Positions 1-13,644 are shown, counted from the first letter of the stretch. The stretch is 64,000 nucleotides of DNA from Octopus vulgaris (GCA_951406725.2 OX597820.1:20708001-20772000), one strand, 5' to 3'. Notes: generated by a model from the letters alone, not told the origin. Numbers and translations are program-made.

Positions 1-367
1 GACATTGCACACGCACGCACGCACGCACGCACGCACACACACAAACACACACACACACGGGTGTGCGCGCATAAATGCACATTTGAATATGTGTGTGTGT
101 GCGTGTGTGTATTCGAATGCGCAAAATATATGTATATGCATGTGTGTATGTGTGTACTTTTACTTGTTTCAGTCATTGGACTGCGGGTATCCAAGGCCCC
201 GCTTTGAGTGGTTCAGTCGATGAAATCGCCTTGCAGTTTCTACTTTTAAGTCTGGTACTTATTTCAACTATCGAACCGCTTAGTTTCGGGATGCAAAGAA
301 AAAAAAAGTTAGTTGTCAAGTGATATATGTATATAATATATACATACATATATATATACACAAGTAT

Positions 368-808
<441 letters not shown>

Positions 809-879
809 CTTATGTCGACATCAAAATGCACAAAAATCTTTTAACTGACTGCTCTCAAGGAGAGCAGTCAATATTTAAA

Positions 880-1009
880 TCTAAATATTTAAATCTAACG
901 GTTTTTGTGTGTTTTAAATGGCTTATAAACACCTTCCACGCTGCAATTATTTTCGTTCAAGTACACGATCTCAAATTAGGTCACTTGCTACCCAAGTACA
1001 TCTCCGTAA

Positions 1010-1011
<2 letters not shown>
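880..1011 (+). mobile_element. 3' segment of H2 element
   Basis: Matches 20110-20172 and the reverse complement of 19749-19866; ends at (TA)n. Confidence 0.7.
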
Positions 1012-1074
<63 letters not shown>

Positions 1075-1090
1075 TATGTATATATATATA

Positions 1091-1125
1091 CTAGCAGGTC
1101 AGCCCAGTCCCACCCGGTCTGTTTG
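1091..1125 (-). mobile_element. Helitron-like 3' terminus
   Basis: Minus strand CCGGGTGGGACTGGG imperfect hairpin followed by CTGCTAG|T, like the other Helitron ends in the window. Confidence 0.5.
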
Positions 1126-1295
1126 GATGATGTGGCTGTGATCGTTTCCGGTTAGGCATAATCCTCTTCCTCTCCTTTTTTTATTTCTGAGACGCTAAAA
1201 ACTATATTAAATGTGTTTCAGAATAGTAGGCTTATCCAACTAGAGCATCTAAAATAATATCTCAAAAGAGAAGTGCTTGTGTCAAAGAGCATTCT

Positions 1296-2912
1296 TTGGA
1301 AAACGACTGCAGGATACCAAAGAAACTTCAAACTGTCGGTTGCTACCTGTTACTTGGAGGTACCATCAAAGGAAGAAAACAAAGAGCAAAGGAAATTTCG
1401 AAAGAAGTAACTTTTTTATGGCAAAAGAAATTAAATTTCCCATATTCATCAATTCAAAATTTACAAGCAAAAGTAGAAGTGTTGAATACCTACGATAAAT
1501 GTGTAAGACGAAGAAAATACGATTCATTGAAAGAAATTTTTGACATCACAAAGGAAAACGGTGAATGGCTGAGCAGTGAGGATAGAAGGTTATATTATCT
1601 TCAAATTGAAAGCAAGGGTCAGGTTGGGTATGCAACTGGAAAGGCTAGTTCCAAAGCTATCCACCCATCCAAAAGAATATAAGTGTCCTTATTGCCAACT
1701 TCAACTAGAGAAACTCCAGTGTCATCGTCAACGACTGAAGCAGAGACTGAAAATGAATATCAAGAGTCCGAAAAATCAGATGAAGAATCCACACAAACAA
1801 GGAGGAAGTATAGCAAAACTGGAACTGCAACCGAATTAGTAATATCTTCCAACTTATCAACTGAATTATCTCAAGATGGAATCAATGTCGAGACTCCTTC
1901 CCAATCTGGCATTTACACATCGACTATCAAAGAAGCTGTTAAACTAAAAACGAAAATGAAGAAAACACTACATTTAGAAAACTGGTCATTGCATTTTGAT
2001 GGAAAACGTATTGATGACCAAGAATACCAAGTGTTAGTTTTAAAGAATGAACAGAGTGAAGTTAAGTTAGAAGCACTCCAATTACTAAACGGAAAAGCCA
2101 ATACTGTTGTGAAAGGAATAACAGCTATTTTAGATGAATACAATTTATGGAACTTCGTAAAGATGATTATCGCTGATACAACGTGTGTGAACACGGGGAA
2201 AAGAAATGGCATTGTCATTCAGTTGCAAAGACTGTTTGCTCAAAAGGGTTTGAAAGAACCGCATTTTATTGGTTGTCAGCATCATATCCTTGATAGAGTT
2301 CTTCGTGCTGTAATGAATAACGAACTTGGAGAAAATAATGTCATTCCCAATAGTTAATATAAAATTCATCCCAGAGCTTCTGTATGATTACGAGAAACTC
2401 CAGGCTAATTTCAAAAATGGTGAAGAAAGGTTTACTGAATCAGCAGGATGGCGAAATGACATGAATTTCTATTTCATTTGACCAGAGGTTTTCGTTTCTT
2501 TAAAGAAACCGGCAAATTTCCTACTGTAAAGTTTCAAAAACTACCCAACTTAAGTAATGCAAAATGGAATTATCGAGCAATACTAGCTCTTTTGGTATTC
2601 ATTCTTCTAGCAGAGAAACGAGTTTTGCTTCTCAATGTTTGTCGATTCATCTCTTACAACTGGGCAGATTTTTGGTTTACTGACCAAATGTTCAATGCAC
2701 ATGATAATCAGAAGTTATGTGGTATCCTGCAAGTTCATAAAAAAGCATTGAACTCTGTAAAAAACCTTTGGAGTCGAGAACCATCAAAAATGGAAATTAC
2801 CAGAACAAATTAGAGAGCAGAACGGGCAATCAAGTGTCTTCACAATCTTTATGATGTTTGTAAAAAAGAAGGAGAAACTTCAGCTTCGATTTATTTTATC
2901 TAACAAACATTA
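1296..2912 (+). pseudogene. hAT-superfamily (hATm-like) DDE transposase, disrupted
   Basis: ORFs 1296-1682, 1683-2357 and 2478-2813 carry LHFDGK, ADTTCVNTG, GCQHHILD (CxxH) and TN*RAERAIK; stops and frameshifts present; no TIRs recognised. Confidence 0.8.
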
Positions 2913-3436
2913 ATTCTTTATGTTTAAAAATTGGTTAACATCCAGCACCCTTTTTCTTATACAGTTATTTAGAATTGGAATTAAACCTATAAAGTTAAAA
3001 ATATGTATTGTTTTTAATTTTGTATTTTATCGAATACTTGTAGTAGCCTCCGTCTTTAAATAGCCTAGTTTTGAACCTTTGCATAGAGCAATTTCAATTC
3101 AGTAATTTAAGAATGTACAAATACACTTTTATTCCACATCTCTCTTGCGTTTACAAGGATACTGGCAGCAGAAATACCGAAGTGTGAATACTATTTCTGC
3201 ATTGCATTGAGTCAGTGCACCAAGTTTGGTAAAAAAAAACCCACCTGAGCAGGCGTTATGAACGCTCCTAGAATTTTGCATGATTTGGGTCAAAAGTGGT
3301 GATCGATTTCTTAAGTTGGGGTGACGTTTCTTTTTTCAAATAAAGCAAAATAAATGTTAGTTTCTTGACTTTTACTAAATTATTCATCGAATTACAGTAT
3401 AGAGTTATTGGGTTGTGAAAAAGTCATAACCGTGAT

Positions 3437-3491
<55 letters not shown>

Positions 3492-3511
3492 CCGAAATTA
3501 ACAGCATTGCA

Positions 3512-3705
3512 GTCAATCTTACCGATTTGCAGTGGGGGTCCAACAGGATATTAGATAGCAACATGATTAGGTAACAATGCGCTCTTCAGAGTTGGCAGTT
3601 AGGGAGGAAAATACAACAGTCAGCTCTGAAGAGCGCAGGGTTACATAATCGGGCTGTTATCTAATCTCCTGTTGAACCTCGAGTGCGAAACCAGTTAGTG
3701 AGATC
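3512..3705. mobile_element. Inverted pair of degenerate hammerhead-bearing termini (H3)
   Basis: 3512-3600 is the diverged reverse complement of 3615-3705; + arm reads CTGAAGA-GCGC...GTGC-GAAAC-CA-GTT; adjacent to (TA)n. Confidence 0.65.
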
Positions 3706-4529
3706 GGCCGTAATGGATATGTAATACAATACACCTCAATTTAACATACCTACTCTATTGACAAATATACGTATGCATATTTTTTCTAAATTATTGATTC
3801 TTAGACGGCTATATATTTGGGCGACGATTTTCTGTGCTTTTCCATCTGCCATATTTACTAAAGAAAATTTCTTCGGTGTGGTGCTAGAGTAGAAGACATT
3901 TGCTTAATGCGCAGAGTAGTGGGACTGAACCCGCAACCACACGACTAAGAAGCAAAAGTGTTAATAACATAACCATACATAATACAATACGCCCATGTAC
4001 ATAAGTGTGTGCGTGCATGTGTGTGTCTGCGTGACTGCGTGCGCACGTGTATGTCTCGTTAAATAACTGAATGTAAGTTATGCAATGCTATTTCTCAAAA
4101 TACCTTATAAAAGCTACACCGAAACGATGGCAATCGCAGACAAGTTCTACTAAACATCATTTACATACCATTGCGATATTTTTTCTATAAATGATGAATG
4201 CAGTTTTTGCTTTATGGTTGTATTTCAATTTTGTTTTATTGAAGAATACTTTATCCACTTCTATCATATAACTCTGGTTATTGATAAAGAATATTTTTAG
4301 CTCCTTATACCGACTTGATTATTCAATCTTTTAGCAAACATCTTATCGTGATTTTCTTTCCCATTTTTGCAATAAATACTTAAAAGACAATCTTTAATTG
4401 AACGATAAACATCTTTTTTTTTTTAAATTTTCTGGGTATTTCTGTTTCTTCGACTTACCTCCTTCCCAAACTTACTGGCATTGGGCCAAAGTTTGAACTC
4501 GTTGAAATCAATATTTATTCATGAAATCA

Positions 4530-4730
4530 AGGCAGCGAGCTGGCCGAATCGTTATTGAGCCGAACGAAATGTTTCGCAGCATTTTGCGAGTTCAAATGCT
4601 GCTGGCGTCGAATTTGCCTTTTTTCCTTTCGGGTGGTCGACAAGAAAAACGTACCACTTGAACACTGGGGATCGAGGTAATCACTCATCCCCGCTCGAAC
4701 TTGCTGGCCTTGTGCCTAAATTTGATATCA
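4530..4730 (+). mobile_element. tRNA-derived SINE family B, diverged
   Basis: GGCAGCGAGCTGGC head, GAGTTCAAAT B box, GCCTTTTTTCCTTTCGGG core. Confidence 0.75.
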
Positions 4731-4799
4731 ATCTTTATTCATGAAATATAAACAAATTTTAATTTGTTGCCCAATTACGCCGTAACTATAGTAAATAAC

Positions 4800-5585
4800 C
4801 AGTGGTTTCAAATTTTGGCGCAAGGCCAGCAATTTCAGAGAAAGGTATAAGTCGAGGATCTTTTCCTTTTGAACGGCAGACAATTTCTAGTTAACTAAAC
4901 ACTTTAAAACTTCGTATACTGGTAGAATGTATCAAAATAAAACATTTTTTTCTCTTGGCTTTCTTGAGAAAATTGTAATTTGTTTGTTTAACGTAGTTTA
5001 ATTTTTCGAATTTTAACCAATCCTATGCTGTCTTTTGAGCTAAAATCATTTCCGTACGTATACGGAAAGCGTGTGTATAAATTTCGGTTTTCTTTTACAC
5101 GCGTAACAATTAAATTAATTTAACAATTAAGAAAAGAAAATTAGAGTTAGGGTTAAGTTGAGGGGTAGTGACAGGATGTTGTCTCAGTTTTAGACGCAGC
5201 AAATGATTTTAGCTCAAAAGAGAGCATAGGATTGGTTAAAATTGCCGAAATGCTCAGATTTTCAGACGCAACATCTTACAAACTATAGAATTTTCTCAAT
5301 AAAACCAAGAGAAAATGATGTTTTATAAAAACATTCTACCAGTATACGAAGTTTAAAAGCGTTTAGTTAACTAGAAATTGTGTTGGCATCTGCCGTTCAA
5401 AAGGAAAAGATCCTAAGTCGATTACATCGATTCCAGTGTTCAATTGGTACTTATTTTATTATTCCCGAAAGGAGGAAACGTAAACCCGGCCTCGACAGAA
5501 TTTGAACTGAGAATGTAAAGACGGACGAAATGCCTGTTGGTATTATGCCCAACGAGCTAACGATTCTTCCGGTTTGCCGCCTTAT
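4800..5585 (-). mobile_element. SINE B interrupted by a fold-back DNA transposon
   Basis: SINE B sequence at 4800-4855 resumes at 5414-5585. Confidence 0.75.
4856..5413. mobile_element. Non-autonomous long-TIR DNA transposon (Mutator/Merlin-like MITE)
   Basis: ~200-bp imperfect TIRs starting GGATCTTTTCCTTTTGAACGGCAGA; perfect 8-bp TSD TAAGTCGA at 4848-4855 and 5414-5421. Confidence 0.9.
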
Positions 5586-6502
5586 AGCAAATAAATATTA
5601 ACGAACAGTCCCTTATGTATAAGACAGTAATGTACGAAAAGATGGACAGTCATAAACTAATAAGCAGTTAACGTCCAAATATATTTAGTTGTATCCCCCA
5701 TCTGCTTCTGACGATTCTATAATTATTCCCTACACTTTTGAGTCTGCAAGCTGTGCAGCACTACTTTACAACTTCAGTTGAATCCACCGCCTCTCACTGT
5801 TCCTTATGTATCTCACATAGTATTAAATCGCACTAAACACTTCATCCGAAAACCTTCTATTTCCAGAATCTTTCAAGCTGCAAAGCAACCGAATTGAACC
5901 CAACGGTCTGGAATAATTCGTTGAGTTTATTGGTGCGTACTAATAACGAGGTGGTAGATCTCACGGTTGTAAAAATCGATACTATGGTAAAATTAAGTTC
6001 TAACATTGGCAAGACCCCATATTTGCATAAGGAATCGGTGTAGTCGATTAAATTGTTCTCAGTACCTAATTCAGAGCTTATAAAATTTCAAGCAGATGGA
6101 AGTAAAATTTTACACTGCTTTTCATTGGAAAGTTCCACTCCACTCGTCAGAATGACAATATTTTTCAAGAGAAGAATATGTAAGTGTTAGGCTATCATAC
6201 CGTACCTGCAACATACACAGATCCTATAGAGAAAATAGCACGGACGTGTAGGATGGTTTTCGCCTTTAAAATATTTGAAATGCTGTAAAGGCCACTGGAA
6301 CCATGAGGTACTTTTGAAGCTTTGACGAGTCTTTTTTTACATCCTGCAAAGTGTCCAAAAATCTTCCTTCCCACCAAGCAAGATTGGTGGAGTTGCCGGT
6401 TTAGTCATTGTAACAGGTTGTAATAGGCTACATCTTGCTAGTAGCGCAAGAGCTATCCTGACATGATTGTAATATAACTTATTATGACCTGACCTGACAT
6501 AG

Positions 6503-6556
<54 letters not shown>

Positions 6557-6557
<1 letters not shown>

Positions 6558-6699
6558 TGTTGTGTCTGGGGAGAGTCATTTTCTTTTTGTACCTTGAAAA
6601 TTTTAGGAAAATAAAAATAAGAAATAAGTGGAAATTTTACCGCTGGGTGTGTTACATTATAAGGCGCAAAAAGACAATGACTCTCCCCAGACACAACAG
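6557..6699. repeat. Short fold-back element in (TA)n
   Basis: CTGTTGTGTCTGGGGAGAGTCATT / AATGACTCTCCCCAGACACAACAG, 24 bp perfect and ~39 bp imperfect. Confidence 0.8.
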
Positions 6700-6761
6700 A
6701 ATATGCTTCAACACACGAACTCATATAAATAATCTTGCAAACCAAATCCAAAGATGAAATA

Positions 6762-6801
<40 letters not shown>

Positions 6802-7128
6802 ATGTTGAAAGATGTAAAAGGCCAAACAATGTAAATAGATTTTGAGATGAATTTTTTACAAATATAATTATAAAATTATATTATCTCCGACAAGAAACAT
6901 CTAACCAAGGATAGTTCATTTTTAACCCTGAAGAATGGATTTGTATGTCCCGAACTATTGGATACGCATAAGAACAAAGATTAACAAGAAACTTACCTAT
7001 AGTTTATGTTACCTCATCTTAAGATCTATTTGCATTGTTTGCCCTTTTACATCTTTCAACATTATATTCCATATACAATGCTTTAAGCAAAACTATATAA
7101 TCTGTTATATATATATATATATACATAG

Positions 7129-7200
<72 letters not shown>

Positions 7201-7669
7201 GCTATATTTGGACGTATCTACTCAACAGAATTAAAACTAGGGAGACACCAACTTATAAGAACCAAAGGAGTGAAGATAGTCTTTTTAGGAAATTGCTAAT
7301 GGTGAGAATAGACCCCATTGAATATAAATATTGTTGGACACAACTTCGTATCTGCGTGAGAGTGAGAGAGAGAGAGAGAGAGAGAGAAAGAAAGAAAGAG
7401 AGAGAGAATGTAAATATGAGTGTGTGTGTGTTTTATGAGCAATAATACATAAAATGGTTAAATATCAACTGAAGGATCGGGCACTATATTTAATTAGGGT
7501 ATAAAAATCATGTGTGTGTGATGAGAAAAAATTTCCATAATTGCATGTGTGTATAAATATATTGAGCGATTCTTCAGTTAATGCTTGACCGCTTTATGAC
7601 TCATCGGACTTACAAGACACACATTGATATACATAAGCGCGCGCGTACACACGAACACACGTTTATGTA

Positions 7670-7732
7670 TGTGTATGTATATATATAAATATATATTGAT
7701 CTCTCTGTCTCTCTCTCTCTATATACATATAC

Positions 7733-7795
<63 letters not shown>

Positions 7796-8065
7796 CATAT
7801 ATATATACATATATATATATATACATACATATATATATATATATATATACATATATATACATATACACCTACATGTATATACATATACACCTACGTGTAT
7901 ATACATATATATACATATATATACATATATATATATATACATATATATACATATATATATATGTATATGTATATATATGTATATATGTATGTATATGTAT
8001 GTATATATATGTATATATATATACATACATATATATACATATATACATATATATATACATATATA
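7670..8065. repeat. (TA)n/(TACA)n compound microsatellite
   Basis: Direct reading. Confidence 0.95.
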
Positions 8066-9920
8066 TTTTTTTTTTCTTGTTTCAGGTCAGAGCTGCGGCC
8101 ATGGTGATGCACCGCCATTTTGTGCTACACTGTTATTACGAAGAACCTCCTCTAATATGTGGCACTTGGTGAAGAATGGAGTTTGATATAGCTATTCCCA
8201 TTTGCACCTCTTGCCGTGAGGTAGGTTCATCTGGGACTCTCGACAGGAAGATGTCAAGCTTTGATTTAAAAACCGCTACATCTACTTTGTGCAAGTACCT
8301 CAGACTCTTTGGGAGAATATTAAAAAGCTGTGGGCCCTTGAAACCCAGGCTGTTGCAGAAGCTGGTCCTGAAGCGTGATGGCATTGCTGGGATCTTTGGC
8401 ACTATGCAGTGTCGTCCCGTTCTAGCATTGGTGTAGCTTACAATGCCAAAATTTGGCACAATTCCTTCCAGGATCTTCCAGACATATATTATTGCATACC
8501 TCTTCCGTCTTCTCTCCAGGGAGTAGAATCTTAGCTATTTCAACCTTTCCCAGTAGCTGAGCTGTTGCAAAGAGACGATCTTCTTTGTGAATCTTCTCTG
8601 GATTGCTTCAAGGTCCGCTGTTAATTTCACACTAGTGGGTGACCATAGCTGTGAGCAGTAATCCAGGCGGCTGAGGACGAATGTCCGCCAGAGGACCATC
8701 ATGGTTTCCTTATCTCTGGTTCTGAATGTTCTTAGGATCCATCCAGCCAGTCGTCTGTACTTTGTCGCCGTCCTGGTAATGTGCACTTGGAAAGAGGTAT
8801 CCTCACTCATGTCGATACCCAGGTCCCTCACAGACTTAGGCTCTGTGATTGAAATTCCCTGTGGACCGATGTATCCTGTAAGTTTAATATTCAGTTTTGG
8901 ATGCTGGTAACGCAGGGCCTGGAATTTTTCAGCATTAAACTGCATATTATTATCCTCAGCCCATCTGTAGATTGAGACCAAATCCTGCTGCAAGTGTGCA
9001 ACATCGCTGGGGTTCTGTATTTTCTGCGAGACTTTCGTATCGTCTGCATAGCTTGCCAGAGTGGCTATCCGGGCATTTGAGAGCATATCTGAGAGGGCCA
9101 CTATAAAAAGCAGTGGTCCCAAGACAGTGCCCTGTTGAACACCACTCACTATTTGTGTGTTCATAGAGGTGGCTCTATTAACCACTACTGCCTGACTCCT
9201 ATCATTCAGGAAGTCATGTAACCACACTCCAAGTTTTCCAGCTATGCCGAGGTCACGCAGTTTGTGGCATATCATACCATGATCCACCTTGTCAAAAGCT
9301 TTTGCAAAATCAAGGTAGATTACGTCCACATTTGATTTGTTGAGTAACTGCCTCAACACCCAGTCATAATGTTGTAAGAGCTGGGTCAGGTAGCTCCTAC
9401 CTGGTCGAAAACCATGCTGGGTATCACTCAGCAAGTTATTTTCCTCAAGGAATGCGATTAGTTTCTTTCTGACTATCCGTTCCATGACTTTGCTGATGTG
9501 TGAAGTCAGAGAGATAGGCCTATAGTTTTTGGCATCTGCTCTTCTTCCCCCTTTATGTATTGGGCATATCATTCCCTCCTTCAGCTTGCTTGGCAGTTTG
9601 CCATTTGTAAGAAAGCTCTGGAAGAGAATCTTGAGGGGCTTTGCCAGGGCATGCTTACACGCTTTGAGGAGAATTGCTGGGAAACCATCTGGACCAGCAG
9701 TTGAGTTTGTGTCTACTTCATCTATGGCTAGTAGGACATCTTCTTCACTAATATCAATACATTCTATTGTAGTCGCCTCGCTGGTTATAGGTGAGGCGGC
9801 AAAGAAGTCCGCTGGTTCGTTCACTTGTCTGTGTTCCAACGGGGTGGTAAAGACACTTTTGAACTGGTCATTCAGCATCTCACTGATCTTAGTTGGACTG
9901 TCTGTGAGGGAGCCATCCGC
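8066..9920 (-). mobile_element. 5'-truncated CR1-group LINE, reverse transcriptase and 3' end
   Basis: NYRPISLTS, QHGFRPGRS, YLDFAKAFDKV, QGTVLGP, YADD; one in-frame stop at 8535 then LERRRKRY...VPDEP; poly(A) tail at 8066-8075. Confidence 0.92.
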
Positions 9921-11903
9921 AACCAAGTCAGCCCCTCTGAAATCAACTACTGGGGATCTCATCAAGGACCAAAGCAAGTAAATGGATAGATGGGTGGAGT
10001 ACTACCAGGATCTCTACTCATGAGAGACCACGGTAGCTGAGGCTGCAATCGAGGTTATCAAGATCTTGCCAGTCATGTGTGAACTTGACAGTCTGCCATC
10101 TATAGCGGAGCTCACCAAGGCTATTGACTTCCTAGCAAGTAACAAGGCTCCGGGAAAAGACGGCATCCCCTTAAAGATCATCAAAACCGGCAAAAACACC
10201 ATCCTGCTTCGGCACATTCATGAGCTTCTGTGTCAGTGCTGGAAAGAGGGTACAGTCCCTCAGGATATGCGGGATGCTAACATCATTACGCTTTACAAAA
10301 ACAAAGGTGACCGTGGTGATTGTAACAACTACCGTGGAATATCTCTTCTAAGCACTGTTGGAAAGGCCTCTGCTCGCATTATCCTGTCCAGGCTGCAACT
10401 GCTTGCTTCTCGAATTTATCCAGAATCGCAGTGTGGCTTTAGAAGAAGCAGATCAACTATTGACATGATATTCTCCATACGCCAACTTCAGGAGAAGTCC
10501 AGAGAGCAGAAAATGTCATTATATATGGCTTTCATTGATCTGACAAAGGCCTTTGACTTGGTAAGTAGAAAAGGCCTCTTGATCCTGCTCCAAAAAATCG
10601 GATGTCCACCAAAGCTGCTGAGGATCATGACATCTTTCCATGATGATATGCAAGGCACCATACAGCACAATGGTTCGACATCAGCCGCGTTCCAAATAAA
10701 AAATGGGTAAAGCAAGGTTGTGTCCTTGCTCCTACATTATTTGGCATCTTCTCGCTGCTGCTGTCACATGCCTTTGTGACATCAGATGATGGACGGTTTC
10801 TGCACAGTAGAAGTGATGGGAAACTGTTCAATCTCTCGCGTCTGCATGCCAAGACCAAAATCAGAAGCGTCCTGATCAAGGAGATGCTATTTGCTGATGA
10901 TGCCGCTCTGGTATCACACACAGAAGAAGCCCTACAAAGGCTCATCAACTGTTTTGAGCAAGCATGTGGCAACTTTGGCTTATTTATCAGCCTCAAGAAG
11001 ACCAGCATCATGGGTCAGGCTACATCGACCATCCCAAACATACATATTGGAGACCACAGGTGGAGAGGTTTACCTATCTTGGCTCTACCGTCACCTACAA
11101 CCTATCCCTTGATACTGAGCTCAATATACGCATTGGCAAGGCAGCTGCTGTGATGGCCCAACTCTCCAAACGGGCATGGGACAACAATAAACTGACCAAG
11201 ACCACAAAAATGAAGATTTACCAGGCATGTATACTTAGCACTCTACTGTATGGAAGTGAGACTTGGACGCCATACACACGCCATACGACGCCATACGTCG
11301 CCTAAATATCTTTCACCTGCGCTGCCTCCGGAAAATCCTTCGCATCAAATGGCAGAATCATGTCCCCAACAAAGATGTCCTCAAGCAAGCAGGAATACCA
11401 AGCATGTTTACACTCCTCACACAAAGACGTATGAGATGGCTTCGACATGTTAGCCGTATGGAAGATGGCAGAATTCCCAAGGACATACTCAACGGAGAGC
11501 TTGCTAGGGGCACTAGGTCTGTGGGAAGACCGTTCTTACGATACAAGGATGTTTGCAAAAGGGACATGAATGCCTGCAACATCAATATTACCAACTGGGA
11601 AGCAGTCGCCAGCAACCGTGGAGATTGGCGACGTACCGTAAAAGAGGGAAAACAAAGGAGTGACATAGAGGGAGAGGAAAAATGGAAAGACAAGAAAAGA
11701 CGTCAACAAGAAAGTATGACATTACAACCAGCCAGGCAAAGTCTTCGCTACGTTTGCAGCACATATCAGAGGGAGTGTTTGTCCAGGATAGGACTACACA
11801 GCCACAGCAGGAGATGTATTAGGAAATGAAATGTAAAAGCCGGACTAGATTATTTTATGCGCAACTCCATTGTCTCCCGAGACAAAAAGGATGCCAACAA
11901 CAA
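9921..11903 (+). mobile_element. 5'-truncated RTE-clade LINE, frameshifted
   Basis: KAPGKDGIP, NYRGISLLS, PESQCGFR, FIDLTKAFD, LFADD, LLYGSETW, degenerate C-terminal zinc finger (SRIGLHSHSRRC); (CAA)3 tail. Confidence 0.93.
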
Positions 11904-12193
11904 TATATATGGATTTCGTCGACAGGAAGTGAAACAAATCAATCGTATATATATGTATATATGTAAGTGTATGTGTGTGTCTTTGTGTCTGTGTTTCGCC
12001 CACATCACTGCTTCACAACTGCTGCTCATTTATTTACATCCACAAAACTTACTGGTTTCACAAGAACAAACTAATAGAATAAGTACTAGGCTTATCAACA
12101 TAAAAAAGCACTAAGCTGTGTCTCATATTTTTGTTTGCCCACTCAGTTGTATCTATCAATTTATCTTCATGTGTGTGTGTATCTATATCTATA

Positions 12194-13245
12194 TCTATAT
12201 ATATATATATAACACCCTAATGGGAGCCTTAACTCCCAAATTTTAGTCATTTCTTTTATGATCCAAAGCTAGGTCAAAAGTACTGAATGGATCTTTATGA
12301 AATTTGGAAATTATATTCTAAGCATAAGGGCCATAGCCCCCATGACAATTCATATATTTTTGCTGTTGATGAAATTTTAACCATAGATATTAGATACAAA
12401 TGAAGTAATATTTATATAATTTCATCTTCTTACAAAGTTAGAAAGACTTAACACCCACAATTTTGTCATTTTATCTAAGCAAAAACGAATACAGTTGTGC
12501 TCTTGAAAGCTATAGGGTTACCCGAGCATAAAAGTTGGGCATTATTTCTAATTCAATGGTACAACAGTGTAACAGTTCGCTTTGACATACACTTACATTG
12601 TGATTTCTGCAATGTGCTGCATAAATTGTTAAGTAAATGAGAGGCATCTTTGTCTCCACTGATTCAGTTGCAAAGTGTTGAGTAAAGTTATTTGATTGCA
12701 GACCTCCTTTCAATCTTTTTATTATCACTCGGTCACACATAGTCCTCAGATGGTAACATTGATTACAAGGCCTTCCCAGATGAGTGACTGGTTATTCAAA
12801 AACATTTATAGATTTTAAATTCATTCTGTCCAGTTATGTATCAGTATAGTGGTCATTTGCAAACTCCAGAGGTGACATTTTAATTTCTCCTAAGCCCTCA
12901 CGTCACACAGTTGTTAATGTTGATTTCAGTTGGGTCACGCCCTTACAATTGCTATAGATTCGTAATGCATCTTACGGCTGTGCCTGTCACCTGGATGGCG
13001 AGGAATTCTACATTAGGGGTGGTAACGACTAGGGTAGGGTAACTAACCGCTTATTGTGATCATTCGTCTTTTGGTTTCCATGTAGCACGACTACAATTTT
13101 TTAGGGTGTGTAAAGAGGGATATAACCCTCATCTGCAATTTTGCTGAAATTCGAAACATAGATATTCCAGTTTATTCAGAAAATATAACAGAAAAGTCTA
13201 ATTCTTCAATTGAACATAACCGGGCAACGCCGGGTATCTATGTTA

Positions 13246-13246
<1 letters not shown>
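12194..13246 (+). mobile_element. Non-autonomous Helitron-like element
   Basis: 5' A|TCTATATATA; 3' CCGGGCAACGCCGGG hairpin then TTAG|T. Confidence 0.6.
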
Positions 13247-13304
<58 letters not shown>

Positions 13305-13414
13305 ATCAATAATAATAAAGGGCAATAAAGGGCAGAATAAATTAATCAATTTATAATTAATAATCTTACCAAGTAGTTTGGTATGTTAAAAGAACCATTA
13401 TCAGTAAACTTATA

Positions 13415-13643
13415 CAAAAATTATTATAATTATAAACATAATTATAATTATGGTTTAGCAAAATTGCTTCACCACATACCGAAATTTAGAAATAGCAATC
13501 AAATGCTATTCTACTACCATAAAATATCTCCCATCTTATGGTAGTGGAATAGTATTTAACTGCTGTTTCTAAATTTTGGTATGTAGTGAAACAATTTTGC
13601 TAAGCCCTAATTATAATTACGTTTATAATTATAATAATTTTTG
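13415..13643. repeat. ~105-bp-arm imperfect palindrome in a (TA)n-flanked element (13305-13647)
   Basis: Arms centred near 13530; the left part resembles 47692-47895. Confidence 0.8.
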
Positions 13644-13644
13644 C

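Noticed and set aside
5140-5160. Interstitial telomere
   Set aside because: Only one exact TTAGGG, inside a MITE
12510-12740. 76-aa ORF as Helitron helicase or captured exon
   Set aside because: No recognisable motif
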